13,201 bases of DNA from Octopus sinensis (GCF_006345805.1 NW_021826331.1:1-13201); one strand, 5' to 3'. Shown: positions 1 to 9,718, counted from the first letter of the stretch. The notes: generated from the sequence alone by a model not told the origin. A program made the numbers and translations.

Positions 1-38
1 GACATAGTACCTCACCTACAGACACTTGTTTTGTGCTT

Positions 39-190
39 ATCCCTTTTAGTACAATCCACCTGAAACTGGTTCTCCAAAGCAAATTTCCTATTTTAAAGGG
101 ATCTAAATTAAAAGCTTCCATAAAAAGTTTGTGTCAATTTATGTTCCAAACATCAACTTAATAATGACAAAATTATTTTTATTAACTTCT
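39..190. repeat. Possible degenerate MITE-like interspersed repeat fragment
   Basis: Starts near ttatccctttt, resembling a TTAACCCTTT piggyBac-type terminus. The following AT-rich stretch resembles a cephalopod repeat from recall only; no second terminus seen. Confidence 0.25.
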
Positions 191-347
191 TTGGTCCAGT
201 TACAGATATATGGGGGCACTATCCTTATTATACACTGAAGTAATTGAGCCTTAATCCTAGTCTTCATCATAACCCAAGTGTCCATTACCACAACATTCCA
301 GGGGTTGATAGCATAAAGTGCCAGTCAAGGACTGAAATCCATTTCAG

Positions 348-2971
348 GACACCCTATTACAGACTACCTCATAGACAAATGACAGTGACCTTCTCTTTGT
401 GGCAGGTGACTTCAATGGACATGTTGGACGGCATGCCGGGGGCTTCCATGGCATACACGGGGGCTACAGTTATGGTTCTCGCAATGAGGAGGGAACCAGG
501 CTGCTGGAGTTCTGCGATGCAAATGACCTTATGATTTGCATACCAACTTCAGGAAACCCACCTCTCACCTAGTCCCTCCCGTTCTGGCAACACACTACCC
601 GATCGACTACATCCTTGCCAGAAAGAGGGAAAGAGGGCTGCTTATAAATGCCAAAACTTTCCAGGCGAGAAATGTACTCCTCAACATAGATTAGTAGTTA
701 GCGACTTCGGATCAGGGCAAATGGCTGCCCAGAAGAAGACCAGCTCGAAGGAGAATGGTCTGGAAACTTAAAGATCCTGTAAATTGACGGAGATTTAGAG
801 AAGTCCTACTCGAAGCTTTCAACGAAATAGAAGGGGTAGCATCACATAATGTGGAAACCAACTGGAGGTTTCTACAGGAACAATCTGCTGAGTGCCACTG
901 ACCAGAGGAGCAAAGTCCCATCTCTCCCAGGGTAACGTGGTGGTGGAACAATGTTGTAGACAGGCTATTAGAGACAGAGACTGGCTGGAAGGACTGGAGG
1001 AATGGCGTAGTAGGGAATTGTAATCAGACTGCGAAAAGAGAAGCTAGGAGACAGGTATATTTAGCCAGATGGGAAGCAGATAAGAAAAAATTTGCCAAAT
1101 GTTCTGCGCTGTTTCATGTTGCAAGACAGTGTGTGAGAGAGAATCGTGATGTGGTAGGAGAGAAATGTGTTCGCATGGATGATGGTTCACTTGCGCTAAA
1201 TGAGAATGCAAAGAGAGAGGTTTGGAGATGCCACTATGAAAGGTTGCTCAACAAAGAGAATGAATGGGATAAAGAGAGTCTGCCAAATGTTGACCCAATA
1301 AGGGACCAGCTATCCGAGTTGACAGTTCCATGGTAGTTAATTGCAATTGAAGCATGAAGACAGGGAAAAGCCCCAGGCCCATCAGGAATTACTGCTGAGA
1401 TGCTCAAAATATCTGGCAGTGTCGCTGTAGCCTAGTCACCCGTATAGTTAACAGGTGATACACGAAGGAGTCATACCCAATGACTGGTGTAGTAACATAA
1501 TAGTCAACTGCTACAAAGGTAAAGGTGACACCCTAGATACAAATAATTACAGAGGTATCAAGCTGTTGGATCAGGTAATGAAGGTTACGGAAAGGGTCAT
1601 AGCCCAACTGATTAGAGAGAGAGTCAACCTGGACGAGATGCAGTTTGGTCTCGTGCCAGGTAAAAGCACCACCGATGCCATATTTCTGGTGAGACAGCTG
1701 CAGGAGAAATACCTAGCCAAAGATAAAACTCTGTTCCTGGCTTTCGTTGACTTGGAAAAAGCCTTTGACAGGGTCCCCCGTTCCCTTATCTGGTGGTGAA
1801 TGAGGAAACTAGGGAGAGATGAATGGTTAGTGAGAGCTGTGCGTGCCATGTACAGGGACGCTGTTAGTAAGGTGAGGGTTGGCAACATGTACAGTGAAGA
1901 ATTCCGGGTGGAGGTTGGGGTCCACCAAGGCTCAGTCCTCAGCCCCCTCCTATTTATCATAGTCCTCCAGGCAATAACGGAGGAATTCAAGACAGGATGC
2001 CCCTGGGAGCTCCTCTATGCTGATGACCTTGCTCTAATTGCTGAATCACTATCAGAACTCCAGGAGAAGTTTCAGGTGTGGAAGCAAGGATTAGAATCGA
2101 GGGGCCTCAGATTCAATCTAGCTAAAACCAAAGTTCTAATAAGTAGGAAGGTAGACAAATCTCAAACGCCTTCAGGTAGATGGCCCTGCTTGATCTGTAG
2201 AAAAGGCGTAGGTAGGAACTCTATAAGATGCACCAAGTGTAAGCTATGGACACACAAGAGGTGCAGCAATGTCAAAGAAGGCTAACTAGGAATATAGTTT
2301 TTGTATGTGGCAGATGCTATGGTGCAATAAACACTGAAAATGCGCAGAGACCATCTTCCGCCACATTCCAGGGAGAAAAACTAGAAATAGTTGATAGTTT
2401 CCGTTACCTAGGTGATCAAGTCAGTAGTGGGGGTGGGTGTGCCAAAAGTGTAACTGCTAGAGTAAGAATAGCCTGGGCAAAGTTCAGAGATCTCTTACCT
2501 CTGCTGGTGACAAAAGGCTTCTCGCTCAGAGTAAAAGGCAGACTGTATGATGCATGTGTACGAACAGCCATGCTACATGGCAGTGAAACATGGGCCGTGA
2601 CTGCTGAGGATATGCGTAAGCTCGCAAGAAATGAAGCCAGTATGCTCCGATGGATGTGTAATGTCAGTGTTCATACCCAACAGAGTGTAAGTGCCTTGAG
2701 AGAAAAGTTGGACCTAAGAAGCATCAGTTGTGGTGTGCAAGAGAGACGTCTACGCTGGTATGGACACATGGTAAGAATGGATGAAGATAGTTGTGTGAAA
2801 AATTGCCACACCCTAGCAGTTGAGGGAACCTGTGGAAGAGGTAGACCCAGGAAAACCTGGGATGAGGTGGTGAAACATGACCTTCGCTCTTTAGGTCTCA
2901 CCGAGGAAATGACCAGAGACTGAGACCTTTGGAAGTATGTTGTGCGTGAGAAGACCCGGCAGGACAAATGA
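348..2971 (+). pseudogene. Disrupted APE endonuclease-reverse transcriptase polyprotein with internal PHD-type finger
   Basis: Track ORFs 1133-1336, 1455-1799, 1800-2285 and 2246-2923 are consecutive pieces of one ORF broken by frameshifts and stops (TAG 372; TGA 1797, where copy 2 has TCA; frameshift ~2277; TGA 2921). Homology continues to TGA 2969-2971. Confidence 0.9.
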
Positions 2972-3075
2972 GGCCATAACCCGTGGCCCCTACCTGGGAC
3001 GTAGTCAGTCCACCTGTGCATACCTTCCTTCTTGGGACACATAACTCTACTTGTGAAGACCTGTTAAGGCAAGTG

Positions 3076-3115
3076 AAAATCAAAATCGAAGAATCAAATC
3101 AAATCGAAATCGATC
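3076..3115 (+). repeat. Degenerate (AAATC)n pentamer tract in LINE 3'UTR
   Basis: gaaaatcaaaatcgaagaatcaaatcaaatcgaaatcgatc; the counterpart in copy 2 is (GATTT)n at ~10673-10708. Confidence 0.75.
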
Positions 3116-3147
3116 CACATCAATGGAATTTGTAGTTTGTGGTACCA

Positions 3148-3363
3148 GTGCCGGTGGCACATAAGAGAACCATCCGAACATGGCCGTAGCCAGCACCGCA
3201 TCGACTGGCCTCCATGCTGGTGGCACGTAACAAACATCATCCGATCGTGGCCATGCCAGCCCTGCCTGGCCTCCGTGCCGGTGGCACGTAAGAAAACACC
3301 ATCCGAGCGTGGCCGTTCGCCAGCTTCGTCTGGCACCTGTGTCGGTGGCACATAAAAAGCACC
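3148..3363 (+). repeat. Tandem array of ~61-66-bp units (3 full + 1 partial) in LINE 3'UTR
   Basis: GGTGGCAC recurs at 3153, 3219, 3280 and 3344; full units also share catccga, tggcc, gccag and ctggc. Confidence 0.9.
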
Positions 3364-3472
3364 CACTACACTCACGGAGTGGTTGGCATTAGGAAGGGCA
3401 TCCAGCTGTAGAAACACCGCCAGATCTGACTGGCCTGGTACAGCCTTCGGGCTTCCCAGACCCCAGTTAAAC

Positions 3473-3522
3473 CGTCCAACCCATGCTAGCATGGAAAGCG
3501 GACGTTAAACGATGATGATGAT
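3473..3522 (+). other. LINE 3'-terminal stem-loop plus (GAT)n tail
   Basis: CGTCC (3473-3477)/GGACG (3500-3504) enclose the 14-bp palindrome CCATGCTAGCATGG (3481-3494); identical in copy 2. Confidence 0.75.
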
Positions 3523-3526
3523 ACGT

Positions 3527-3588
3527 AAATATATGTGTGTATGTATATATATAAATATATATCTATATTATACACACCCACACACACA
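3527..3588. repeat. Low-complexity (TA)/(TG)/(CA) microsatellite
   Basis: atatgtgtgtatgtatatatataaatatatatctatattatacacacccacacacac directly after the LINE tail. Confidence 0.8.
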
Positions 3589-3687
3589 ATGAACATGAAA
3601 AATGAAAAGATGAAACATTGTATTGAATCTGATAATATTTTTATAACAAATCATATGAAAAAAAGATTAAATATCTTATTGAGGAGG

Positions 3688-4465
3688 CTAAAAGTCAACA
3701 AGGTGTTGAAGTATAGAATCAAAAGGATCTAACCCTTTTAATCCAATCTCTTGTTGCCACATAATCTTGAACATATATGAGTCCAGTAGACCTCTGTGGG
3801 TGCCATTTTGTCTTTTTTTTTTCTTTACCACTCTTCCAAAGTCTTTCAATATTTTGGGTGTGAGCTCCATTAGTACGACTGACAAAATGTAGAAAATGAT
3901 TCACAGTTAGATGTTGAAAATGACCAATATTAATTATATTTTTATATGCTGACCATTCGTCACTTATGATGGTAGTACCCGGTCTTATATTATCTTCTAT
4001 TACTGGAAGAGGTGTTGTCGCAGACCTGTCAGGGACAATAAACATGAAACACTCTTTTGTTTCTCTACAAATACCTCCAAAACCCCATTGTTGAGGTAGT
4101 TGACGTCCAATGCAATTTTTTTCTTTTAGTGAACATACTTTCATCAATTTCAAGTCATGTTGGGTCCTCTGATCACTCTTGGGTTAGCCAAAATGTGTGC
4201 AGCACAAACTTCTCTCAAATAGTTATTCCAGTCAACAATGCAATTGGCTTTCATTTCAATCTCACGTTCACAAAATTTGATACTTGTCATGTATACCTAG
4301 CAATATATGAAAAGTGCTGCTTTACGAAAAGATAAACATGAATTAGCAAACCAATTTTCTGTTCTTAGTCCTTGTTGTCTGCATCCACAAATTCTACACC
4401 GCCATCTATTTTGACTTCCAACTGAGAAATTCATAAAATGACTTGTTGCATTTTCTTTCTTGGAT
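3688..4465 (-). pseudogene. Merlin (IS1595/ISXO2-like) DDE transposase relic
   Basis: Minus-strand translation across frameshifts: HFM...RWRCRICGC, LRTENWF, LFIYC, IVDWNNYLREVCA, EIDES (D 4143-4145), QWGFGGICRE, VPDRSA, IRPGTTIISDEW (D 3959-3961), HLTVNH, HTQNIERLW (E 3845-3847), LDSYM..IMW...DPF. Confidence 0.9.
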
Positions 4466-5130
4466 TCTCTTGTCATGACGACAAATGAGGGTTCAGTAAA
4501 ATAAGGGTTCTATGGACAAGAATGTGTCACTTGAGACCTGCTGGTGCCTTGCAAACCTTTTGGCAAATGGAACAAGTTGAGGGCTCAGTTTGCTTGAGTG
4601 CTTGTGGAGCATTTACTACCTGTTTTCTTGAATGGACACCTAGGCCTGCTTTGCTTCGTGCCACAAAACCACAAAGACAGGTAAGGTTTCCATTTACAGG
4701 AGCAATGTTTTGCCAGCATGCCTTCACGCTTGCACCAAGTTGGTCCCAGTGTTGGAATCAACTTTGCTCAAATCTTTCAACTGAGAAGCAGGACTGGCAC
4801 CAGGTCCTGCATTCTGATTTTTTTTTCCCCCGGAAGAAAAGAGAATGTTGCATCACTTCAGATTGTCTTTTAGTTTGTCTTTGAAGCACAAGTGTAGCCT
4901 TCCAGCTGACTTTCTTGTTGGGAATTGGTCAAAGAGAAGTTGCTTCTGAATTCTGATATCATTCATACATGAGAGTTGACCCGACTATTTAAGCTGTATT
5001 TTGATGAGGATGGCTTCAATACCTGATATATTGCATTTTGTTAGTGCCTCACTATTATGAATATGGTCATTTGGTTTTATGTTGGAGATAGTACGCAAGC
5101 AACATATGTGAAAAGCATCAAGCAATGTTG
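4455..5130 (-). mobile_element. 3' fragment of a second RTE lineage (BovB-like C-terminus) with two C2H2-type fingers
   Basis: Minus strand reads LDAFHICCLRTISNI..D.IHNSEAL.KCNISGIEA..IKIQLK*SG....MNDIRIQKQLLF.Q....GR....FKD.LK.NLK, then RTW.QSC..VERFEQ, then CLC-x12-H and CSIC-x12-H-x3-H, and a short 3'UTR with hairpin TTGTC-gtcat-GACAA. Confidence 0.82.
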
Positions 5131-5164
5131 TCAAGACCACCAATTTCTATACATTAACTTTCAC

Positions 5165-5310
5165 CTGGCCATGGGAAAATATTATCTTCCTTAGAAACAG
5201 TTAAGGACTGGAAACAGGAAGGACATCCAGCTGTAAAACATCTACCTTAATAAACATCATCTAACCAATGAAAGCATGAAAAAAGTGGACATTAAACTGA
5301 TGGTGATGAC
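5165..5310 (+). mobile_element. Degenerate SINE-like or related LINE 3' tail sharing terminal motifs with the RTE LINE
   Basis: aggaaggacatccagctgtaaaac matches LINE 3391-3415; catctaaccaatgaaagcatg...gtggacattaaactgatggtgatg matches LINE 3473-3520; the intervening and upstream sequence differ. Confidence 0.7.
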
Positions 5311-5799
5311 ATGTTTACACATAAATTAATAGAAGTGATATACAGTGTATAGTAAGGTCAACTTAGGAAGTACTTTTCATAAATACATGTTTAGCCTTCC
5401 TGGAAAAATGGTTAGACTTTTTAGTTTTGCTTTTGTCCGAGGCCAAAAAGTTGGAAATCAATCTAGATTCCATTATTTACTATTAATTCAGAGATCAGTC
5501 ACTCATTTTTTCTTGGCCAATAGTTTATCTTTAAGTTAACGATAACAGTAGCTTATAGATATTTATAGTATATACACTATCTTGGATAGAACTAAATTGG
5601 TCTACGTTACTTTATATAAATGCAGATCTTCACAATGAGTTTAACCAATATGGGTTCACAAAAAGCTCAGGTTATAAATTTACTTTATACATCGCGCATG
5701 CATGTGTGTTTATGTAGAGGGAGAGAGAAATAAATATCATCAGTTTTACATACAAATATGAGCTGCATCAATGAACAATGTAGAAATTTTCAATGCATC

Positions 5800-6165
5800 T
5801 TGATCCTGCACACCTACTCCTTACTTGGATTACAAAATCATGACAATCCATTACTTTTCATGCATTATCCATTCACATCAGACATCCTAATAATAGAATG
5901 CTAGTCATCTGCTAATATCTTTCATCTGCGGCCATCTGAAACTCACTGCATTCAACTTTGCTATCACTATAGTAGTATTGTAAATTCACTACCTTGCACT
6001 CACTGCTTGACAACATCACATTTCTTGTGCATGCTTTACATAACCTACTTTATACCCAGACAGAGAACCCCTTTGTTTGCAACAGCAATAGCTGTCTCAA
6101 AATATTTTCTCACCCCCAACCTCATTCTCTAGGTGCACTCCACCACTAATTCTGTTGTCAAGATA
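5800..6165 (-). mobile_element. Ancient, highly decayed RTE fragment related to the large LINE copies
   Basis: Minus strand 6165-5985 reads YLDNRISGG...QLLLLQTKGFSVWV*SRLCKACTRNVMLSSSE versus YLGDQVSSGG...LLPLLVTKGFSLRVKGRLYDACVRTAMLHGSE in copy 1. The left boundary is uncertain. Confidence 0.65.
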
Positions 6166-6627
6166 TCAGGTTCGAACAGTGAATAGCATTCAGTTTAAGC
6201 TTATATTGTGGCACATGTTGCTAATTTTTCCAGCACATTTGGAACACAGATTTATATCAACCCTAGATGAACCTTCCCAACATATGATATTCAGCAACAG
6301 AAATATTAAATGACTGAAAGGCACAAATAGATGAATAAAATCAAAATACTGTCAGTTTCCTGGCAGGTTTAGTATAGTAGAGGAGGAAATATCTTCAAGT
6401 ATGGAGGGACAACTCTACATTCAGGATTCAAATACCTCTAGGGCTGATTCAGTCTTAATCTTCGATATGTTGGTCTGTTGACATACAACAACAAATACAT
6501 GTTGCTTTTTTCAAACAAAGAAAAATACAAATATGAGAATGCAGTTGTTGAACTGGAATCTAAATCCCCTCATTGAGGACTCTACATAATATAAGCATGT
6601 AGTTATTTACCATTCAATCCTAGATTA

Positions 6628-6881
6628 GCCAAAGGTCTACCTGCGACGATTTCATCTCAATCAAAGGAGAGGAGCTTTCTCCGTCCGGGTTGCGGATCCG
6701 TGGAACAAGCTGCCAGACGAGATGGTGAAGATGCCGACGACCGCTTTGTTCAAAGCCTCCCTTGACCTCAAGTGGCCTGAACTCTTTACATGAACACCAC
6801 CCTGTACTTAACTCCATGTCCCCCTACATGGCCTTGCTATTTGCTTTCGAGCCAAATTAACTAACTAACTAACTTAACTAA
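6628..6881 (+). mobile_element. 3' end of CR1-group LINE with (TAAC)n tail
   Basis: Uninterrupted frame KVYLRRFHLNQRRGAFSVRVADPWNKLPDEMVKMPTTALFKASLDLKWPELFT* (stop 6791-6793) with the FSxRV..WNxLP...FK..LD signature; short 3'UTR; taactaactaactaac tail at 6858-6881. Confidence 0.85.
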
Positions 6882-6920
6882 ATTATTGATTCCTTTAAAA
6901 TAGTCTGAGCAAATTAGAAG

Positions 6921-8457
6921 TACTGTAAAAATCCATATATATTAATGCATCTTTTTCGCAAAAACAAAAATAAACTTTAAGGTGTGAGTAAATTACAAGT
7001 AGATCGTTTCCAGAATGCTTTTAGAAAGTTATTGTGTTGAAAAATGATGTGCAAATGTAAACATTTGTACGGAAAGTCGACTCATTTAATGTCAAAGTAG
7101 GTTTTTACAGAAAAAATATAACGAAGCTGCCTTATTTATGCTGGATACTTTAATACTTACTTTTTCTGTATAAATTTACTAAAACCATTAAATGGCTAAC
7201 TACGCTCATGCAGGTAATCATGGTCCGGGCCATATTTTACATTGCTTGGAGTTTCTACCTATCCCAATGGAGCCCAGCAATTTCCTTAAATAGATTGGTT
7301 TTTCTCCGCTTAAGAAGTTTAGGTAGCGTTTGCCTCCAGAAAGCTATTGCTTGCTTTCTCTGCATTAGGACAATGAAATTCAACACCACCAACATCACTG
7401 CTACCAGCTCTTACTGCATCTAATGCCAACAACAGCATCATAAATTCAACCTTGTGCATGTAAACTCACTAAGTTAATATGACTTACCGTTCCTACAGAA
7501 ACCTTCATTTACCTTATACGAGGTTTAATGTCATTTCACATTCATGCTAAAATATACAGCAATCTTACGTTCTCTTCATAGAACACTTGTATGCATTACC
7601 AGTTCTTTTGGTATAGTAGATTTTTGCTATTCTTTATGTCTCCTCACAGACATGTATATTCTAACAAGTCACTTCTTAAATTTCACACCTTTCTTGTTCA
7701 ATAAACACTGAGTTAAACTTGCAAAGCAGTTTATTTTCTCCTTTCGCTTTTTAATGTTTATTTTAGCAGGTTACCAAAGTATCAGTTGGGTCTCCTGGCT
7801 AAAACAGTAATGACAAATTTTAAAGTTTGCTTGACATTTTATAAGTGTGAAAGGGATTAAAATTTCGATACTTCCGACAAGAACAGGTAGAAAATCAGAG
7901 CTTACGACAAGAAGACACTTTCGACCAATCAGAATTCTGTTCACATAATCAGTTTAATTGGTCACCTTCCTCTGTCAGTTGAGTAAAGTGTCATCGAAGC
8001 TGATGTTTATTGGTAACTGAACTTATTTTGTAACACTTGTGCATTATATCAGCTTTGTTTTTGTTGATAAGAATTATTAACAACTTTTCCTGTGATCGTG
8101 ATTTGAGAAGACATACACAAGTATGCTAAAGATCGGACATAATCTCTTGTGGGCAAGCAATGTAAAATAAAGTTTCTTATAAACAACACAAACACTTCAT
8201 AATTTAATAGCTTTCAATGTGATACCAGTTAAACAGAAATTATTTTTATTTAAAGAAAATTTAATAAAATCTAGTAAGTGAAATTATGCTAAATACAACT
8301 AAATTGAAAACCTTTTTTCCCTTGGCCATGTCAGCAAATTCTGAAAACTTTTGGGTGCAAATTTTACATGGGCAGAAGCTTTTTTTTAACAATTTTTATC
8401 CTGAAAGTCACCTGCGTAAATTACACAAGTGCACAAATTACATGTGTTTTTACGGTA
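6921..8457. mobile_element. Putative decayed pogo-type DNA transposon with imperfect TIRs and TA flanks
   Basis: Left end tactgtaaaaatccatata versus reverse complement of right end taccgtaaaaacacatgta (15/19 match); both begin with TA; internal repeats of a gtaaattaca/caaattaca motif near both ends. Confidence 0.5.
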
Positions 8458-8739
8458 TTTCACCCTTTCAGAATTCTAAAATAAAAAATTTCAAGGAGTA
8501 ACCAACAAGTATCAGAACATATAAAACCACCTCAAAATATGGAGTAAAGATATCGTCTATATGGTTCTTCCTGTCACTAACTCTTACTGTTTCTCAAAGG
8601 ATCTCTTATTCCACACATCTTTCTATCTATCTATCTCCCAAAGCTTACACTAGCCTGGGACTGCCCAAGGTGACACACAGTAAGAATGAAGTAGACAACA
8701 CAGCATTTTGAGCAAGTATCTGTAAACATATGTGCACGC

Positions 8740-8740
<1 letters not shown>

Positions 8741-8772
<32 letters not shown>
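8741..8772. repeat. Compound microsatellite (TG)10(AG)6
   Basis: Read directly from the sequence. Confidence 0.95.
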
Positions 8773-9031
8773 TCTATGAAGTAGGAGGATCAAGAAGATC
8801 CTGGCAATTAACTTTCTATCACTTTCACTACATATACTAATGTAACAATGTTTTGGATTCATCATTCCTGTTTCTTTATGAACCGATTTCATTACACAAT
8901 ATTTTAATAAGGAAAAGCAATAGAAAACTCCAGCTAAGTCACAAGTATTTACTCACAATCAACTTATTTCTTGTCTTACAAATGTTCAATGTGGCCACCA
9001 CCAGCAGCACAAGCAACATCTATGTGATAAG

Positions 9032-9450
9032 AGAATTACTTGTATTTTAGTAATTTGCCTTGATGGAACAAAAGTCCCACTGCTTCTCACAAAGGGCAAA
9101 AAAGAGAAAACAGTATGTGTTTTGGGCATCTATGTCCTTCAAACGAAAAAGGACTGGTGCACACAAGCTGTTATAAGAAAATGGGTTGATTTAACTATGC
9201 CACTTGTTTTAATGTGGTCCTCAAAGAGGTCTTATAGTCGGGGATTTGGACAGTATTCATAATGTAAAAGACATAGAAACCTACCTTTCTGAAAGAAGAA
9301 TTGAACAAATAATGATTCCCACAGGAACGACTTCATAGCTACAAACATTGGATCTTGTAACAAACAAGCCCTTCAAGAATGATTTGTGGATGGAAGTGAA
9401 TGAATATACAAAAAAAAATAAATAGAATGGAGGGAAATCAAAGTGGAATA
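9032..9450 (+). pseudogene. pogo-superfamily (DDE_1-like) transposase relic, D35D spacing
   Basis: RITCILVICLDGTKVPLLLTKG...DWCTQAVIRKW, a frameshift near 9215, then RGLIVGD (D 9243)...MIPTGTTS*LQTLD (D 9351)LVTNKPFK. Confidence 0.85.
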
Positions 9451-9718
9451 TTTAAATTGGGAAGGTTTAAATATGAACTTTTAAGCTTCTTTCTTTCTTC
9501 TTTCTTTCCATCACCTTATACTTATCCTCACTTCCACTATGTTGTCATCTTAATGCATACCATTCTAATTTTCGATATATCTCTCTAATGACACAGTATC
9601 CCATCGTCGGAGGAATCCCAGAAGAAACTGCAAGATTTTGGAGTTCTTCCTATCATATTATATATGACTTGAGATGTTTGCCCAGCCTCAACGCTTCCAG
9701 ACCTGCTTAACAATCGTG

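Larger units (their letters stand above)
348..3522 (+). mobile_element. RTE-clade non-LTR retrotransposon (LINE), copy 1, 5'-truncated
   Basis: APE endonuclease motifs (VAGDFNGHVG, GDFN at 405-416; IDYIL at ~602; QHR at 682-690), RT motifs (NYRGIKLL, QFG, DLEKAFDRV, QGSVLSP, YADD at 2016-2027, FRYLG), RTE-type C-terminus (HGSETW, RLRWYGH, RGRPRKTW), ~550-nt 3'UTR ending in a stem-loop and (GAT)4 tail at 3511-3522. Confidence 0.93.

Noticed and set aside
295-345. Possible degenerate SINE fragment upstream of LINE copy 1
   Set aside because: Too short and diverged to support without a database search.
1571-1990. Antisense ORFs over the RT (also 712-951, 2671-3042, 10821-11009, 11049-11351, 11781-12056, 12353-12912)
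   Set aside because: Shadow frames of the LINE coding strand.
3148-3363. CRISPR-like periodicity (~60-66 bp with a palindromic core)
   Set aside because: The 'spacers' are homologous to each other, the context is a eukaryotic LINE 3'UTR, and no cas genes are present.
3094-3492. ORFs over the 3'UTR present in both copies (3094-3492 -, 3137-3355 +, 10289-10678 +, 10419-10688 +)
   Set aside because: They arise from GC-rich tandem repeats, frames are not maintained between copies, and no domain is recognisable.
4527-4727. Host C2H2 zinc-finger gene exon
   Set aside because: Contiguous with RTE C-terminal coding remnants, contains a stop, and is followed by a retroelement-type 3' end.
7480-7860. 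Splice-like signals (minus-strand GTAAGT at ~7482, plus-strand TTTTAGCAG at ~7765)
   Set aside because: No open, recognisable exon can be assembled, and such motifs are frequent by chance in AT-rich DNA.
7923-7934. CCAAT-box-like gaccaatcagaa
   Set aside because: Isolated motif with no linked gene or other promoter evidence.
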